Shown here one piece after another: positions 34,701-48,454 of a stretch of DNA of 64,000 bases. How positions within the stretch are numbered: the first letter of the stretch is position 1; each line of letters begins with the position of its first letter. The stretch lies in the NCBI GenBank assembly GCA_964188305.1, contig OZ076897.1; one strand, 5' to 3'. The notes beneath the pieces are model-generated. The model had not been told where the DNA came from. It made no database searches and worked only from the letters and a program-made list of their open reading frames with translations. The position numbers and the translations under genes are program-made. Origin of the DNA: Podarcis bocagei (taxonomy: Eukaryota).

Positions 34701-37700
34701 ATAGTTTTGAATTATTTTTAGTGTGCAATCTTACAAAAAAGGTGGCTGGTGCCATCTTAGAAGAGTGATTCACCCCCTCCCTCCCTGCCTCCCTCTCTCA
34801 CCTGCACACCCCACTTCTAAAACGGAATGTGCTATACCAGGACTTAATCTCCAAACAAAGAAAGAATGCCTTTTCCTCTAGAATTCTTGTTCTTGTATGC
34901 AAATGGCTAACTTCAATGAAGTGCCTTAAAGTTCAAATGGTGAAGTGACCAATGCTTTCTTTAATCAGGGGGCAGCCCTGGTGAGGACACACACGCTTTG
35001 CTGTTCTCCAAAAGGCCTCCTTTGGCAGCTTATAGTTCTGCCTGAGCTGCAGAGTTGGACCAGTTGCCTTCAAGCCACTCGGTGGCCAGTTCTCTCCCTC
35101 CGGGGCAAAGAGCCGGTGCATTTTAACAGTTACATGGGAAAAAGGAACTGAGCAGGGAAACGACTTGCCAGCACTCTGATACGGTGAAGTGAAAAGTTTC
35201 ACTAGCCAAATTCCTGCTTGTCACGCTCCTGTGAACAGTACAGGAATTGCGGGGAAAAGGACATGGCAAAACGGTGGGAATCCCCCCTTGCCTGTGGATA
35301 GATTTCACTACTGGGTCCTGTAATTATTCTCTAACACACGTTGCTCTTCTGGCAGGGGTTCAAAAATACCCATTCAGTTAGGAGCTATGCAACAACAACT
35401 TCATGGTGTGTTTTGATCTGATCATAAGCACATCCACCTGTCTAACTGGTATTATGTTTAAATGTTTCATTGTTTTTTAATGATGATTCCCCCTTCCATG
35501 TTCTTAGCTGTTCTTAGCTGTTCAGTCCCTGTGTGGGAAAAAGGCAGGGTATGTCTGTCTGTCTGAAGAAATAAATGAATAAATATAATTTTGCAGAAAA
35601 TGCTCTGGGCTTCAGGTTGAATGTAAGATGGGCAAGTGGAGCTTGAGAGAGTCTTTTTCAGCCAAGCCAATATGAGCAAAGAGTAGTTCAGCCTCCCCCA
35701 AGCAGTCTACTCGTGTGAGCAATGCACCATCTGAGGAGATGGGGAAGACAGAAGCAGCAGCAGCCATAATCACAGAAACTGATTTGCAGAATCCTTCCAT
35801 TGTGCAGCTATTTGCCAGCCCAGCTAACTTCAAGAACTGACAAGTCAGTTCCATCCAAAATAGACAGCACTGGGCTATGGATCTGACTTGGTGTAAGGCA
35901 CTTAAATTGTTTTTGTTTCTTACTATGTTGTGTATTCTTGTGTTTTAATATTGTGAACCACCCTGTGATCATTGGATGAAGGGCAGTATAGAAAATTAAT
36001 AAACAATAATACAATCCAAGCATCCTCATTCGGAAACTTTTCTGCAAGGAAGTGATTTTGTATTCTTTTTTACAGATGTATAAAAGTGAATACGACAAGG
36101 GGTGGGGGGTGGGATCCAGTGCTTTCAGCCACTTGTTACTTTTTAAACTTGGTGGTGGCGGCAGTGGGGAGTGAGTGAGTAAGCAAGATGAGTCCTAGAC
36201 ACTGGGAGCCCCCTGACCCCACTCCATGATTATTTATTTAAGGTTTTCCTTCAACTTAATAATGTCCTCATTCTTCTGTAGAATATTTCTGCTGACAGGA
36301 TTTCAGCTCCCCCTGTTGCGATGCATTGTATTTTGGTAGCAGTCTGAGACTCTCACGTTTCATCAGTTAGATGGGAAAACAGCAATACCCCCAGTTCAAC
36401 AAAGCCTCTGTTCTGCAAAACATACTATGAAACTATATTCTTCTTCCTATATATTATTTCCAGCTGCAGTTGCTGCTTGGCTGCGGCGCAGATACCTTGT
36501 GACATATGTTAGTTAGGAAAAGTTTGGAGCCCAGCTGATTTTCTGCGCTAAGGATGGATGGGGGTTATAGTGTTTTTTTAAATTATTTACATGGCCGTGG
36601 TGTCTGTGACTTTAAATTATTGATGCAAGTGATAGCAACTGTCAATGAGACAAAGCCAGTGCGGGAAGGAGCGACAGCGGCATGCTGTATATACCCAGCG
36701 CTGGTTCAGATCGGTGCTTCTCATCTTTTCCTAGGCAAGCAGAATGACTGTGGTTCCTGTCTCTCAGTACAAACAAAAGAGAGGGAGGGAAGAGGGAGAA
36801 ATTGTTAGTGGAAGAATTTTCCAGCACAGGCTTTACTACAAAGAAGGTTTCTAATTGCCAGGAATGGAGAACCTGTGCTCCTTCAGGTGTTGGTGGTCTC
36901 TGACCAGTCCCAGCAAGCCTGGTCAATGGTCAGTATTGATCGCCCAGACTGGCAGACATTTGCCAGGATACCAGGCAGGGTTTTTTCCTCATCACTTGAT
37001 CCTTTTAAACTAGAGATGCCATAAACTGCACATGGGACTTCCTCCATGGTCTCTCTCACTGAGCTACGGCTTCTCCCCAAGCCCAGAAAATTTAGCGAAT
37101 GACTATCAAGACAGACCACACTTTGAATCCCTTTTGTGCCCCCTATGAATTTGTTGCCCAGGTGTGATTTGAGGAATATTTTGGGTTAAATTGTGTAATA
37201 TAGTGACAAAAAGACTGAGCTACGAACTGGTAGGCCCCACTTCAAAATTTGACTCTGCCTGGAAGCGATTAAGAGTTCGATCCTATCAATGTCTGCTTGG
37301 AAGATCAATGGACTTACTCCTGAGATAACAAATGGGGCTGACTTTGAACATGCTTAAATGCTGAAGAAATATCAACATTAGTAAATATTTTTAAATGTTT
37401 CATTTTAAATGGCTGCATGACTAGAAAAACAGCTGTAGCAGGGTATCAGAAACAAAGAACAGGAAACAAAACATACCCAATGTCTAGGTCTGTAAAACAA
37501 ACATGAGTCCCCATGAAGTGAGTATGAGAGAAAATTGCAAACAAAATACGGTGGAGCTGTGTGCCAGGCTTGTGATGATGATTGTCTTGAAAATGTTGTT
37601 GTATAAGGAATAAAGCAGTACCTTGAGTATTTCTCGCTCTGCAAATAGGCTTGCCTTTCTCACCCACCTCCCCTGTACCTTAATGCTGCCCAGCAAGCGG

Positions 37701-38962
37701 ACAGCAGTTTCCCCAGCCTGCTTCCATGGAAAGAGCTTCACTTGTTGAATTTCTGACTTTCATATGGCGCTTAAAGGCACAGGAGCTCTCTTAGAAAAAA
37801 GGTTGGCAACCCTATTTGCAAATCTAGCAGGCAGCTGGGTCTTGCCAAATGCCCTCTATATTGACAAGGGTGATATTATTGCAGGCAGAAGGGCAACACT
37901 GCCTTGCTCTCCAGACCAGCATTTATATAGGTTCTTCCTGAGGGTTTTTTTTTCTTTTGCAAATTTGTCTCTGGATACTTTAAAATAAGGCTACAGTCCT
38001 CAACTTGCTTGTTTAGAAGTTTACTCCATGAAAATAAACAGGACTTATTTCAGAGGAGGTGGGTTTAAGATGGTTGCAGTAATATAATTACTGCAGCATA
38101 CCATTATTTCTTGTTTCAGAAATCTAGTATGTGTGACAAGTGCATCAAATGAGATGCACTTGCCCTTTCTGTGTCCATCCCATTTTAATTTTGCTGCTGC
38201 TGCTTGTGTAATTTGACATTAACATTGCAAACAGATAGAAAATGTGCTGTAAGCTAGGGATCTCTCTCCACATGGAATTTTTAAGTTGCAGTTTTATCTT
38301 ATAGGATCATAGAGGAAGAAGGGACCCCATCTAGTCCAACTCCCTGCAGCTGTCCCTTACGGGGATCGAACCTGCAACACTGGCGTTGTCAACACCATGT
38401 CTAACCAGCTGAGCTATCCACTTATTGCACACTTCTGAATCAACATGGCTATTGCTCAGGCTGCACAGGAACTTCCTAATTAATATACTTTTCTCCTATT
38501 TTATTTCTCACGACCATCACCCTCCGTGGATTCAGATTGAAAAGAAGAAATCTTGACTGTAAGCACCAGATGGCGCTAAAGGATTTTAAATACATTTCTA
38601 AACATTGCGTTCTAGCAGTACCACACTCTCTGTGACAGAAAATCTCTATTTGATGTACTAAAAGGTTTTAAAAATTTGACACATACAGCCTTCATAATGC
38701 ACTTCTGTCCTCGGTCAGTTAGAAATGATATCAACATATTAAGGAAGTTTTAAAAAACATTTAGTTATGCATCTTGTGGCCAAATCACTGTTTTCCCCTT
38801 GCAGGCCTTGGAAATCTCTGAAGATTTAAATAAAGGTGAATGGAAAGCCAGTCTTTAAATAACAAGGTTTAATATATCTTTGTTACATGAATGACGTTCT
38901 TATTTATTCATAGGCCCTGGCGGGATGGGGTAATGCAAGAGTTTCTAAAATGTTTCCAAGTA

Positions 38963-39183
38963 CAGTGGTACTTCGGGTTACAGATGCTTCAGGTTACAGA
39001 CTCCGCTAACCCAGAAATAGTACCTCCGGTTAAGAACTTTGCTTCAGGATGAGAACAGAAATCGTGCTCCGGCAGCGGCAGCAGGAGGCCCCATTAGCTA
39101 AAGTGGTGCTTCAGGTTAAGAACAGTTTCAGGTTAAGAATGGACCTCCGGAACGAATTAAGTTCTTAACCCGAGGTACCACTG
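38963..39183. mobile_element. Tc1/mariner MITE
   Basis: Family of 3287-3534. Confidence 0.85.
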
Positions 39184-40416
39184 CATTGCGCTTGTGCCTG
39201 GGCTGCATGCTCAGCTGGGAAGGGTGATTGGCAGTGAGAAGCAAGAACATCTCCTGCCTGTCTCCCAAAGGAAGAGCTGCTTCTGTCTCAGGAAGCAGCT
39301 TGGCAAGTGGGGAAACCCCCCTGGATGGCAAAGTGCCAAGGACCCTTCCTTTCCTCAGCGGAAGAGGGTGGCAGCTAGCCCCACCCCCTCTTTCGCCTTC
39401 CAGGAAAACTATCGGTAATTGTGGATCAAAAATGCATGTTTTCCACATCTGACTTTTTTTTTAAAAAAAAATCCAGAATATTTAAAATGCAAAACTGTTT
39501 TTCGACATCAGAGCAAGAAATGTGTTCGTCACGATACACTCTAAGCAAAGGCCAAAGGAAGCTGAATCAAAATTTGCATTATGATTATTATTCTCATCAC
39601 CACACATCTATTTATACCCTGCCTTTTTCCCCTGACAGCGACTCAAGGTGGATTACGGATAAAATAAGAACATCTAAAAATGTAGGAGGGAAAACAATTA
39701 AACATTAATAGAACTGAAACTATATATGAATCTATTAAAAACATATAGACCATCACGATAAAAACAGCAGAGCTCAGGCTGAAATTGTCTGTCACTTGGT
39801 CTTTTGCTAAGCTGCTAGGAGAGCAGAAAGCTGGCCGCTGACCTAATGATCACTACAGAATTGGTAGACAATATTAAGTCACATTGTTGGACTGATGATA
39901 AACCTCCCATCTATTCTAGTATAGGCAGAATCTGGTGTGTTCTTATTGACTGGTTAAAAACTGCTGTCAAATTGGCAATGCAATAAATCTTCAACTCTCC
40001 CATTGTTCCAAGGGCATACATGAGAATGTTCCTCCTAATGTGAGCATTCTGGCGGAGTCAGCTCTAATTCCACCTTTTCAAGTGATTTTTGTCAATGGCT
40101 CTCCTTGCCTCCTACTTGATTTTGTTTTGCAGAGGATGCAAATGAGGCCCAAGCAACATAGCTTCTGACCCAGAAGGAGAAAACATGGTGCCCACCATAT
40201 ACTGTGGACCACAACTCACATCATCCTGGACCATTGGCTTTCTTGGCTGGAGCTGATGTGAGCTGCGGGCCAAAGCATGTTGAGGGAACCCTGTTGGTAG
40301 CACCCACACAAAAGCAGAAAGATGGTACCCTGGGGTGCTTTCACTTCCCATGCCAAATGGATGGCTGGGCAGAGCTGGGCATAAAATGGCGGTGAAGGGA
40401 TAGCCATAGTGCAAGG

Positions 40417-40670
40417 CAGGGGGCAGAAAACTTTTTCAGCAGGGAGCCTGTCCACTGTGCCTCAGACCTTGTGGGAGGCAGGACTATATTTTGGAAAAAA
40501 ACAAAAAAACCCGAATTCCTATGCCCCACAAATAACCCAGAGATGCATTTTAAATAAAAGCACACATTCTACTCATGTCAAAACACACTGATTCCTGGAC
40601 CGTCCACAGGCCGGATTGAGAAGGCGATTGGGCTGGATCCAGCCCCCGGGCCTTAGTTTGACTACCTATG
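40417..40670. mobile_element. hAT non-autonomous element
   Basis: 8-bp TSD GTGCAAGG (40409-40416, 40671-40678); same family as 3563-3821. Confidence 0.85.
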
Positions 40671-41182
40671 GTGCAAGGGCTGTGGTGCAAATGGCAATAT
40701 GTGGTTTTATGAACTTCAGTTTCTGTGCCTCTTCCCACCTCTTGACCACAGAAACACAACAGTATTTTGTTGTTGCTGTTGGCATCTTTCTGTCTTGAGG
40801 GACAATGATGTGCGCCTTTGGAAGTGAAGTCAAACCACTGGAGGATCACAACACCTGCTGTGGCCACAGAGACTGGTAACTCATAACTGCTCTCTCCCAT
40901 GTTGTTTTCGCTGCATTAGCAGCACCAAAGTGACCTCTTTGGGGTGCAAGCCTGGGTGGCAGGTATGGAGGTGCTGGGCTGCCCAGATGACAGTAACCAC
41001 TGATTTCCTGCTCTTTAATGACATGGAAAATTAGGTGCCTGAGGTGCCCACCTCACTCTACCTAACACAAAACTGGAGTAATCCCATCACGGTTCTTCTT
41101 CATCAAAGACGTGACAGGAAATTTGAAACAGCAGCTCCCCAAGCAATGAGTTCAGTGAGACTTACTCGCAGGGCAGTATGTA

Positions 41183-41416
41183 CAGTGGTACCTCGTGTTA
41201 AGAACTTAATTCCTTCCGGAGGTCCGTTCTTAACCTGAAACTGTTCTTAAACTTAAGGACCACTTTAGCTAATGGGGCCTCCTGCTGCTGCCGCCACGTG
41301 ATTTCTGTTCTCATCCTGAAGCAAAGTTCTTAACCCGAGGTACTATTTCTGGGTTAGCAGAGTCTGTAACCTGAAGCGCATGTAACCTGAAGCGTCTCTA
41401 ACCTGAGGTACCACTG
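41183..41416. mobile_element. Tc1/mariner MITE
   Basis: CAGTGGTACCTC TIRs, TA flanks. Confidence 0.85.
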
Positions 41417-44400
41417 TATAGTATGGTGGGGGAAGTGAAATAGCAGTCTGAGGACCTGATAGGGCCCACAAAGGCTCCTCTGCTTCAGTCCTCCTTGTGG
41501 GCAGAAGAAGTGGGACCGCAGTAGAGGCCTCCGTGGGAATCTCTGCTTCCAGCTGCTGCTGAAGGGGGAGGTGAGTGGAGCTCAGCCGTCTCTGCCTCCC
41601 TGCTGCCAGCTGAGCAGTGATGACCAGGGTCCTTTGGGTTCCTACTTGGCTATGTGTGTATGTGGTGTGGTTGTTATTTATTAAATTTTTATGCCGCACT
41701 TCATAGATATTGGGATGGTTCACACACAAAAAAAAAACACAGCATAAAAAACAAAACAAAATACATGATAAAAACAAAGAACAAAGCAAACCGATATGCA
41801 CATACATGTTGTTTATTTATTTCATAACATTTTATATATGCCATTTGATTGTGAACAACAACAAGAACTCTCAATGCGGTTTACAAAAAGACGAAATGAA
41901 TAAAAAATTAAAACATGCAAAAAGTTAAAATACTAAATTAAAATTCACCTCGACTTTTAAAGCATCTGGGTAGGCTTGTTTTTAGCAGGGACTAAAAAGC
42001 ATACAGTGAAGGTGCCTGATTGATATCAACAGGCAGGGAGTTCCGCAGTGTAGACATACATGCCTGTTGCCTGCTACACGTCTGCATGTACGTCTGTGTG
42101 GTGTACATGTGGATGCAAAGATCTGCCTGTCCCCTGCTAGCTTCACCAAGGCACTCTTTGAGACACCCCACTTTTGTTTGTGGCCCCTGCTGTGAGATCC
42201 TCAGACTGAAAAAAGATCCCCTACCTTTGCTATATACTAGGATTGCGGACCAAATTTAAAGATCAGGCTACAGGACTTGAACCAGCAACTAAGTCAAACA
42301 CAGTCTGTCGTTTATGGTGGCTAGGGATAGGCAAATCTGCCAATCTTGTTTTCTCTCGGTGACTCGTTTTTCTAATCTTAAATTCAGTTCTCCATATTTC
42401 CGTTATCAGTTTGCGGATTTGTTCTTTCATTTCACATCATGAAAATTCACCAGCATTTTCTTGTGAATTTCTCCTAAAAGACGCATTTTTTTGCGAAGCG
42501 ATTTCCCCCACTGTAACGCATTTGTATCCACACTTTACCTCAGTGCTTGCACTTTCGTATGCATTGCTTGCCTGGAGAGATGCACTACAAAATTTGGAGA
42601 AGTGCGAATTTCGGAAGACGAATGTGTTTCGGTTCATGGAAAGTGCAAATTAGGTAGGTTTGCCATTGAATACGTGAAAGGAATCTAATTTCTTCCCTGA
42701 TGACAGCCCACTCAGGGACTTGGCAAACGTATTGTTTTTGCTGTCTGCTCAGGGCTGCGAAAATATGGGGGGTGTCAGGCCCCTGGCAGGTCACAATAGG
42801 CTGCATACGGCTTGTTTGGTCCCATTGTACAGGCCCAGGATAGATAAATAAGCACTTAAGAGGGGCTTAGTGCATCCAACTTTCCTGGGATTGCACCCCA
42901 AAGCTTTGGATAATATCGTTCTGTGCCAGTGCTTGAATGGTGTTTACACTAATTGGAACCACAACGGAGTTAAGTGCAGGTAGGGGGGGGGTTATATATT
43001 AGACATAAAATAACCTCCTCAGCTTTTTGTTCTGTTAGGCAAGGGAAGGAATATTGATTGAAGCAAAAACGACACCTTGCAGAGCCGGCAGAAAGACACC
43101 ACTGGGTGCTACTATCCGCTGTGTTTCTTATTATTGCTTATTCTGCCAGGTGCGCCAAAGCCATGTTGATACAAGGGTTGTACTGCATAGCAGTGAGTTG
43201 ATACACCAATAGACTCAGCCGCGTTAATTGGAATTGTGCGGTGCATATTTTTATGAGTGAGCGTTGCATTACTCTTTTGCTGACAATGGCAAAAAAGAGA
43301 GAAACCCAAGTTGTTTTGAATCCCAGGTTGCTGAGGTCCGCGGAGATCTTTTCATGCGCACACACACACACACAGGAGTAGTCAGGGCATCAGCTAATCT
43401 TGAGTTGTTTAACTTCACCTTTGGTATCCACCGCTCCCCTCCTGCTATAATACAGGTAGACTGCTGTGACTCTATTAGTTCCTCTGCCTGGAATTTCACT
43501 ACAAAATGATTGCTGGAACAAGGAGTGTGGATGTTGCAGGGGGTAAAGAGAGAACCCTGCGCAGATGCTCATGCTGTTCAGAACTACACAAGCTGCTCTC
43601 AAATCAGCTGCCTCAGATTTTCTTTTTCCCCATGCTGAAACAATACAGTCCGGTTCAGATATTCATAAGCTCTTCGCTGTAATGGCAAGGATAAAGCATG
43701 AATTGGAAGATTCTCTTTGGAATTCAGATGTTAGCCTCTGGGACTGATCATTCCTCAGGCTTGCAGGATTGGCCTCAAACCCTTATTCAGTTTACACTTT
43801 GCTGCTGCATTTTTCAAAGAAATGAAAGATGGAAGCAACCTGTTAAAGATAAATCTTGTCCGTCCCCATGAGTACAGAACTTTTGTTGCGGTGGTGGTTG
43901 CTGTTGTGGTTGCGGCATATTTGGACTATGTTTCAGGAGTTGGATTTAATGAATAATTTCTAACCAAGCAATAGCTTCATTTCCCCAGCATTTCTCTCGC
44001 TCCCCCTTCTCTAAGCCACCTCTCCTTATCTATGTTTGATCTTTTGTATACCTGAAATTACACTTTTCACAAGTCATCAAAGAGCTCCTTCTGGGAAAAT
44101 ACCAAAAGCTGCTTCTCTGATCTCATCATCCTGATGGTTTCCTCAGCTGATCACTCAGGTCCGCTGGGCTGCCTCTCTCTGCCCTGCTGCTGCTCGCATT
44201 GCTGCAAAAGCTTTCCTCTGAATAGCACCTCTCCCCTTCATCTGCCCTCTTCATCCCTGAGCGTTTCTGGGGATTCAACTTTTATTCATCTATTTATTCA
44301 TTTAAAAAGAGTAGACCGCTTTTCAAACAAAACGCCCCCCAAAGTGGTTTACAAAAATGTATGCCGACAACAATAACAACTCAAAATACAGTAAAAAAAC

Positions 44401-44652
44401 CACACCAGACATTTAATTACATTTAAAGCAGTACAAAATCAGGGAGGGAGGTTCATTAGGGCAAATGGGGAGGGCACTGCCCCACTGACCTCAACCGCGC
44501 CCCACCTTCCTGCCCTGTATTCTTACTCAACAACTAGTCTAGTATCAAGTACCACAGTTCCAAGCACTTTTTTCTTTATTGTTTTTCTTTTGTTTTGCTT
44601 TCCCTTCATTTTCTCCACCCTTTTCACTTTATTTCTTTGCTGAAAATTGTCA

Positions 44653-44713
<61 letters not shown>

Positions 44714-44788
44714 CTTTCGTAGATTTTCACGGGTACAGGAATGCAGGTTTTGGTGTCTTCGGGTGTCTTCCCGTGTAAGAGTTGGGGT

Positions 44789-44838
44789 GTCTAGGCGACG
44801 TTTCGACGAGGTCTCACTCGTCATCTTCAGGCTGGTGC
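44789..44838 (-). ncRNA. Hammerhead-like motif (Penelope)
   Basis: Same core as 45711-45760. Confidence 0.6.
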
Positions 44839-45710
44839 TTTCGGCTTCTTGTTACTAGAACAGAGCAGGATCTCAGTGTTTAAGTTCCTATAAATACTGT
44901 TGAGGGGGTGTGGTGTATAGCCTCCAACGTTCTGGGCAGAGAGGAAGTTCCCAGGTTAATGTGCCTTTTCTTCTTTTGTTCATTAATTACTTGAGGGATA
45001 TCTTGAGTGATTACTTGAGTGATATTCTGAGTACCACTTAGGAGGGTCATTAGGTGTGGATTAGTTGCTAAAGCTTTCGTGTATTGACCTCTTGAGCTTG
45101 TGAATAGTTTTTCTGAGAAGATGGCTGTACTGCACTTAGTTGTGCTCTGGCTTGGCTTCGTGTATAGGGGCGAGCTGTGGTTTTGTGCCCTGTGCCAGCC
45201 TTGTGCGGCTTTTTTTTTTTGTGCCCTGTGCCAGCCTTGTTTTTGTGCCAGCCTTTTTTTGTGCCCTGTGCCAGGCTTTTTTTGTGCCCTGTGCCAGCCT
45301 TGTGCAGCCTTGTGCGGCTGCACCCCCCTGCAATCCCTACACAGATCTGGCTGGCACAGGGCACAAAACCACAGCTCGCCCCTATACACGAAGCCAAGCC
45401 AGAGCACAACTAAGTGCAGTACAGCCATCTTCTCAGAAAAACTATTCACAAGCTCAAGAGGTCAATACACGAAAGCTTTAGCAACTAATCCACACCTAAT
45501 GACCCTCCTAAGTGGTACTCAGAATATCACTCAAGTAATCACTCAAGATATCCCTCAAGTAATTAATGAACAAAAGAAGAAAAGGCACATTAACCTGGGA
45601 ACTTCCTCTCTGCCCAGAACGTTGGAGGCTATACACCACACCCCCTCAACAGTATTTATAGGAACTTAAACACTGAGATCCTGCTCTGTTCTAGTAACAA
45701 GAAGCCGAAA

Positions 45711-45760
45711 GCACCAGCCTGAAGATGACGAGTGAGACCTCGTCGAAACGTCGCCTAGAC
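45711..45760 (+). ncRNA. Hammerhead-like motif (Penelope)
   Basis: CTGAAGA 45719-45725; stem II GACGAG/CTCGTC; GAAAC 45745-45749; GTC 45750-45752. Confidence 0.6.
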
Positions 45761-45803
45761 ACCCCAACTCTTACACGGGAAGACACCCGAAGACACCAAA
45801 ACC

Positions 45804-45838
<35 letters not shown>

Positions 45839-47622
45839 AAGCAGGTTGTGGGGTGGCAATGGTTGTTAGCTTCCTCCTCCGAATTTGTCAGTGTTGCCCT
45901 TTTAGAATTTAGAAGGGAAGAGGGTGGAGACAAAACTAGAATTATTAGGCTGTGCCTGCCATTGGCTGTGGCTCCACCTACTGTTGGCCTCCTGCATTAC
46001 AGTTTGCCAGCCCCACGGGGCACTGGCGATCTCTGTGCATAGCAACAGCATAAATTGGTAGCACCCAGCACCATGTGACCACAGCCACAGCCACAAACTA
46101 GCCACTAAAAGCTGCAGCTATTAAAAATAACAATCAGGTCTTTAATGTCCATGTAAAAGTATTGTTTTGACTTCACACGGAAATGAGGGGCCACCATGGA
46201 CAGGCTCTGTTTGGACTTCCAGGGAGGCATCACCCACTTTAGATCACTTCAATGGGATGCACATTCTGCCCTAACTAGTCAAGCCTAACTTCTCACAACT
46301 ATAGCTGGACAGGAGTGAGTCTTGCAGTGGACCCCTGGCAGGCAATGACCCACGAGCGTAGCACTGTAAGAGAGAGAGGTTAAAGCTGGAGTGGTTGTGA
46401 ACAAGCGTGGGAAAAGTGTGGAAGGTAGATGCCTTTTCATGACCATTTTGCCCCATCCCCAAAACTCTGCATAGGACTAGAGTGCCATTAGTTTGGTACC
46501 CACCAACTCACCCACCCATCTAGAACTAGTTCCTGCCTTCTGGTAGTACTAAACCATTCAGCATACAATTAGAATAACAAGATGCTCCTGCGAGCCATTT
46601 CCACTAGTATGAGCATTGCGCATATGACCATGTAAGCGCAGGCATTAGGTACAGTGGCTGGATGCGTGCTTTCTTAATTTCTTGATGTATTTGGGATCCC
46701 AGTGCATACTCTCCAGTCCAATAAGCAACTAGCAGAAGTTAATATTTGTGCTACAGCCTTTAATTCTGTAGTTCTTGAGATTTTGCAGCTCTAATTCTAC
46801 CTTTTAAAGAAATTTATTTGAATGGTAAATGCCGGCTGTTTCAAGTGGCCAGACAGAAATGCTATTGGGATAGATTAAGCTGCTGAAGGAGTGATGCATT
46901 TCCTTGGCATATTTTTTCTTTGTAGTTGTCATTTCTTTTTGAACCTTCTACTAGATTTTGTATTAAAAATGAGAGAAAATGGTTAAAAAGTAATACTTCT
47001 GCAGCTGTTGAAATGCCCTTGGCTTCTCTTTGATATGAAAAATAAAAGAATAAAATACATATCTAAAGAAAAGTTTTAAAAACTGTCAGCTAATAATAGC
47101 ACATTCTTCAAGACATCCCTAGAATTAAGTATTTTTGTCAATTATTTAGTAAGTGCCTAATTTGCTACTGCTTGGAAAGAAAATGACATGGTTGCTTCTA
47201 AATTATTAAACAATATTTTGATGGCATTGACAGAACAAGCGGTGAGGTATTGACTGGAGTCATCATGCGATAGACAAAGTCTTTTAGTGTTTCTTTTTAT
47301 GTGAAATTGGAGAGAAGAAAAATATCATTAACTTATGAACTACATACACATACTACGACGGGGAAGTTTAATGAAAGTTCACTTTTCTTTAGAAGATTCT
47401 ATGTAAGATTAAGTGCTCTAAGAAAAGTGTCTTGAACAATGCAACACGCTGTTTTACTTGTCCACAAATGCAACACTCAGTTGTGTCATGGGGCACTTCC
47501 ACACAGCAGTTTATCGTGGACTTAGTGCTGCCCATGCAAGGTTTGTGCAGCACGATGTAGACCAGGGTTTCCCGAACCTGGGTCTCCAAATGTTTGTGGA
47601 CTACAATTCCCATCATTCATGA

Positions 47623-48082
47623 CCACAGGAGGGCAACCAAAATGGTCAAAGGCCTGGAAACGATGCCTTATGAGGAACGGCTAAGGGAGCTGGGCATGTT
47701 TAGCCTGGAGAAGAGGAGGTTAAGGGGTGATATGATAGCCATGTTCAAATATATAAAAGGATGTCACATAGAGGAGGGAGAAAGGTTGTTTTCTGCTGCT
47801 CAAGAGAAGCGGACACGGAGCAATGGATTCAAACTACAAGAAAGAAGATTCCACCTAAACATTCGGAAGAACTTCCTGACAGTAAGAGCTGTTCGACAGT
47901 GGAATTTGCTGCCAAGGAGTGTGGTGGAGTCTCCAACTTTGGAGGTCTTTAAGCAGAGGCTTGACAACCATATGTCAGGAGTGCTCTGATGGTGTTTCCT
48001 GCTTGGCAGGGGGTTGGACTCGATGGCCCTTGTGGTCTCTTCCAACTCTATGATTCTATGATTCTATGATTCTATGATTCTA
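47623..48082 (+). mobile_element. CR1 LINE 3' fragment nested in a small hAT MITE
   Basis: RRATKMVKGLETMPYEERLRELGMFSLEKRRLRGD...; (ATTCTATG)n tail. Confidence 0.95.
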
Positions 48083-48190
48083 TGGTCCTGCTGGCTAGAG
48101 ATGTTGGGAGTTGAACATCACCCGCTTCTAACTGCTCCTTAGTTTTACATTGAGAAATAGCTGGATGATCTGTGTGCCTGGAAGTGTATG

Positions 48191-48454
48191 TGTTAAGTTG
48201 TGGGTGAACATATCAGATGACACAGCGATTCTTCAAACAGCTCTTGTTTATTCACAGGCCAGAACAGAACTGAACTGAAGGGTTCAGCCAGCCTGCTTAT
48301 ATAGAGCTCCAGTACAAAGTAACTGTAACAACTTTCTGTAACTATCCAATCACTGAACGTTACTTTCGATCCCTTATTTGCATATGTGGACCTTAGTAAA
48401 AACTATCTACAGTATCCCCCTGCTGGCCCAGGGTGAGAACTTCAGTACATAACA
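48191..48454 (-). mobile_element. Solo LTR (264 bp)
   Basis: TGTTA...TAACA termini; 5-bp TSD GTATG on both sides; TATA then AATAAA in minus orientation. Confidence 0.85.

Larger units (their letters stand above)
44711..45808. mobile_element. Non-coding Penelope palindrome (two inverted 3' ends) inserted in (TA)n
   Basis: Arms 44741-45200 and 45349-45808 are reverse complements; near-identical to 29821-30320; (TA)n at 44657-44710 and 45807-45834. Confidence 0.92.

Noticed and set aside
38345-38420. tRNA genes (also 16454, 22290 and 62720 regions)
   Set aside because: Degenerate cloverleafs fused to LINE-like tails, so these are SINE heads.
45181-45320. CRISPR-like repeat array
   Set aside because: Eukaryotic DNA; the repeats are irregular with T-run spacers, consistent with RT stuttering.
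44880-45669. Mirror-image 189-aa ORFs on both strands
   Set aside because: By-product of the Penelope palindrome.
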